From the NCBI GenBank assembly GCA_041665465.1, contig JBAYIU010000001.1, positions 1,213,873 to 1,277,872 of the forward strand: 64,000 nt of DNA. The letters run 5' to 3'. This document shows, in pieces, positions 62,943 through 64,000 of the stretch (position 1 is its first letter; the number at the start of each line of letters is the position of its first letter). The notes under the pieces were generated by a model. The model was not told the DNA's origin and searched no databases. It saw only the letters and a program-made list of their open reading frames with translations. The translations under genes were made by a program, and so were the position numbers. The DNA comes from Candidatus Woesearchaeota archaeon. GTDB taxonomy: Archaea; Nanobdellota; Nanobdellia; Woesearchaeales; GW2011-AR9.

Positions 62943-64000
62943 ATGAACAAAAAATTTGATTCCCTTAAATCTGAGCTTAAGAAACTTAATAGTAAAGATC
63001 GAAAATTAATTAGTTGGGTAATGAGAGAATTTGAAGAAGTAAAAGATCTAGCTCAAGATGTGGGACATCTTCTAATTTTACATCAAACTTCTGGAAAGAA
63101 CTTAAAGAGTGTTGCCGTTGCTGAAAAAGGACTTTTAGGTAAGGTTACTCATGAAGGCAGGACTGTAGCCAGATTTGAACGTAGAGTAAACCGTTTTTGT
63201 AATCAATTAGACACTGCCTTAACTAACCTCATCGGGGTTGAGAAAGAATTGGGAGAAAAAGAAAAAGCTCGTGTCTGGGAAGAAGAAAAGAAGAAAGTAG
63301 AGGTATATCAAAGAAACTTAATCAAACGATTATCTCTAACTGGGAGCTTAAAAACCTTGCTTAATACTAAGCCTGTGGTTTGGTCAAACGTTAATGGTGA
63401 AGCAGAAGCTTCCTTGACTGACTTACAAGCTTTAGTTACTTTGTGTAATGAACTAGAGAAAATGGAGGAAGGCCAATTTTCGATATTAGTCCATCAAGAA
63501 CGAATGGAAGAAGAAAACTTTAAAGCAGATTTGCAGATAGCCAAGAAAATCTCTGAAGGTATAAACTCTGCATTTTATGAAGGAGAGAGAATGATTGATC
63601 CAAAACGTTTATTTGGAGATATCCAACTAGCTAAAATTAACGAGATTGGCAGTGGGGATTATTTGGGGCACATTAAGTATGACTCTAAACTGACTGTTTT
63701 CGTGGATGGATTCTACCTTGTAGCTAGTGAAATTGTTATTAATTTCATCATCCGGACGGTTAATTTTCTGTATAGCTTCCCTTATTATTCTCATGAGATG
63801 AGAAGTTTTCCATCACAAATTATTCCTGAAGATAATTATCGTCTTGCTAGAACGAAGGTAAATTTATTTGGTCTTGCTATTGGGCGACATTGTGGTCAAC
63901 TGAAGTTAATTAATAGTTTTAGTGATTATTTCCCTGACTCTGATGCTCATAAATTTGCAAGTCAAGTTTATGTTCTATCTGAAAAGAGATATGGTCTTAA
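62943..64000 (+). CDS. hypothetical protein, 3' end beyond the window
   Basis: ATG 62943, frame open to the window end (352+ codons translated by hand); coiled-coil-like N-part; not in ORF track. Confidence 0.55.
   Translation, partial: MNKKFDSLKSELKKLNSKDRKLISWVMREFEEVKDLAQDVGHLLILHQTSGKNLKSVAVAEKGLLGKVTHEGRTVARFERRVNRFCNQLDTALTNLIGVEKELGEKEKARVWEEEKKKVEVYQRNLIKRLSLTGSLKTLLNTKPVVWSNVNGEAEASLTDLQALVTLCNELEKMEEGQFSILVHQERMEEENFKADLQIAKKISEGINSAFYEGERMIDPKRLFGDIQLAKINEIGSGDYLGHIKYDSKLTVFVDGFYLVASEIVINFIIRTVNFLYSFPYYSHEMRSFPSQIIPEDNYRLARTKVNLFGLAIGRHCGQLKLINSFSDYFPDSDAHKFASQVYVLSEKRYGL

Overview
This is an AT-rich archaeal chromosomal segment. The archaeal call rests on TATA-like boxes about 25-35 nt upstream of tRNA 5' ends and of many start codons, three intron-containing tRNAs, an L41e-like micro-gene and TrmB-type regulators. 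It may be a small-genome DPANN-like lineage, but taxonomy cannot be settled from the sequence alone. Recognisable housekeeping genes are PRPP synthetase, ArgRS, an RdgB/HAM1 NTP pyrophosphatase, an Orn/DAP/Arg-family decarboxylase, two giant tandem S8 surface proteases, methyltransferases, a glutaredoxin-like protein and a VKOR-like protein.

Two accessory regions stand out.

(1) nt 36545-53170 is a complete 16.6-kb casposon.
- It has perfect 45-bp terminal inverted repeats and a 14-bp target-site duplication that includes the last 4 nt of tRNA-Gln(UUG).
- The core is a Cas1-type casposase next to a divergent RHH / HTH / HNH-like / family-B polymerase operon. There is no Cas2 and no CRISPR array.
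- The cargo looks defence-like: a wHTH-HEPN-2TM operon, a 1235-aa P-loop (STAND-like) NTPase, and a K+-channel-like pore protein with a degenerate filter.

(2) nt 17216-24990 lies downstream of tRNA-Gln(CUG).
- It carries at least five decaying copies of that tRNA's 3' end plus a separate 19-bp direct-repeat pair.
- These repeats split the region into small cassettes: a peptide + rSAM/SPASM + HExxH RiPP-like cluster, a Fic toxin bracketed by identical inverted repeats, a TrmB regulator, and a three-gene module with an Rx6H (HEPN-like) protein.
- No integrase is visible.

Other oddities:
- tRNA introns at non-canonical positions.
- A signal-peptide beta-barrel-like protein followed by four translationally coupled paralogs.
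- An AbrB-like micro-gene overlapping a membrane Ser/Thr kinase.
- A Dot1-like methyltransferase.

All functional calls come from motifs read by eye. No database searches or folding programs were run.
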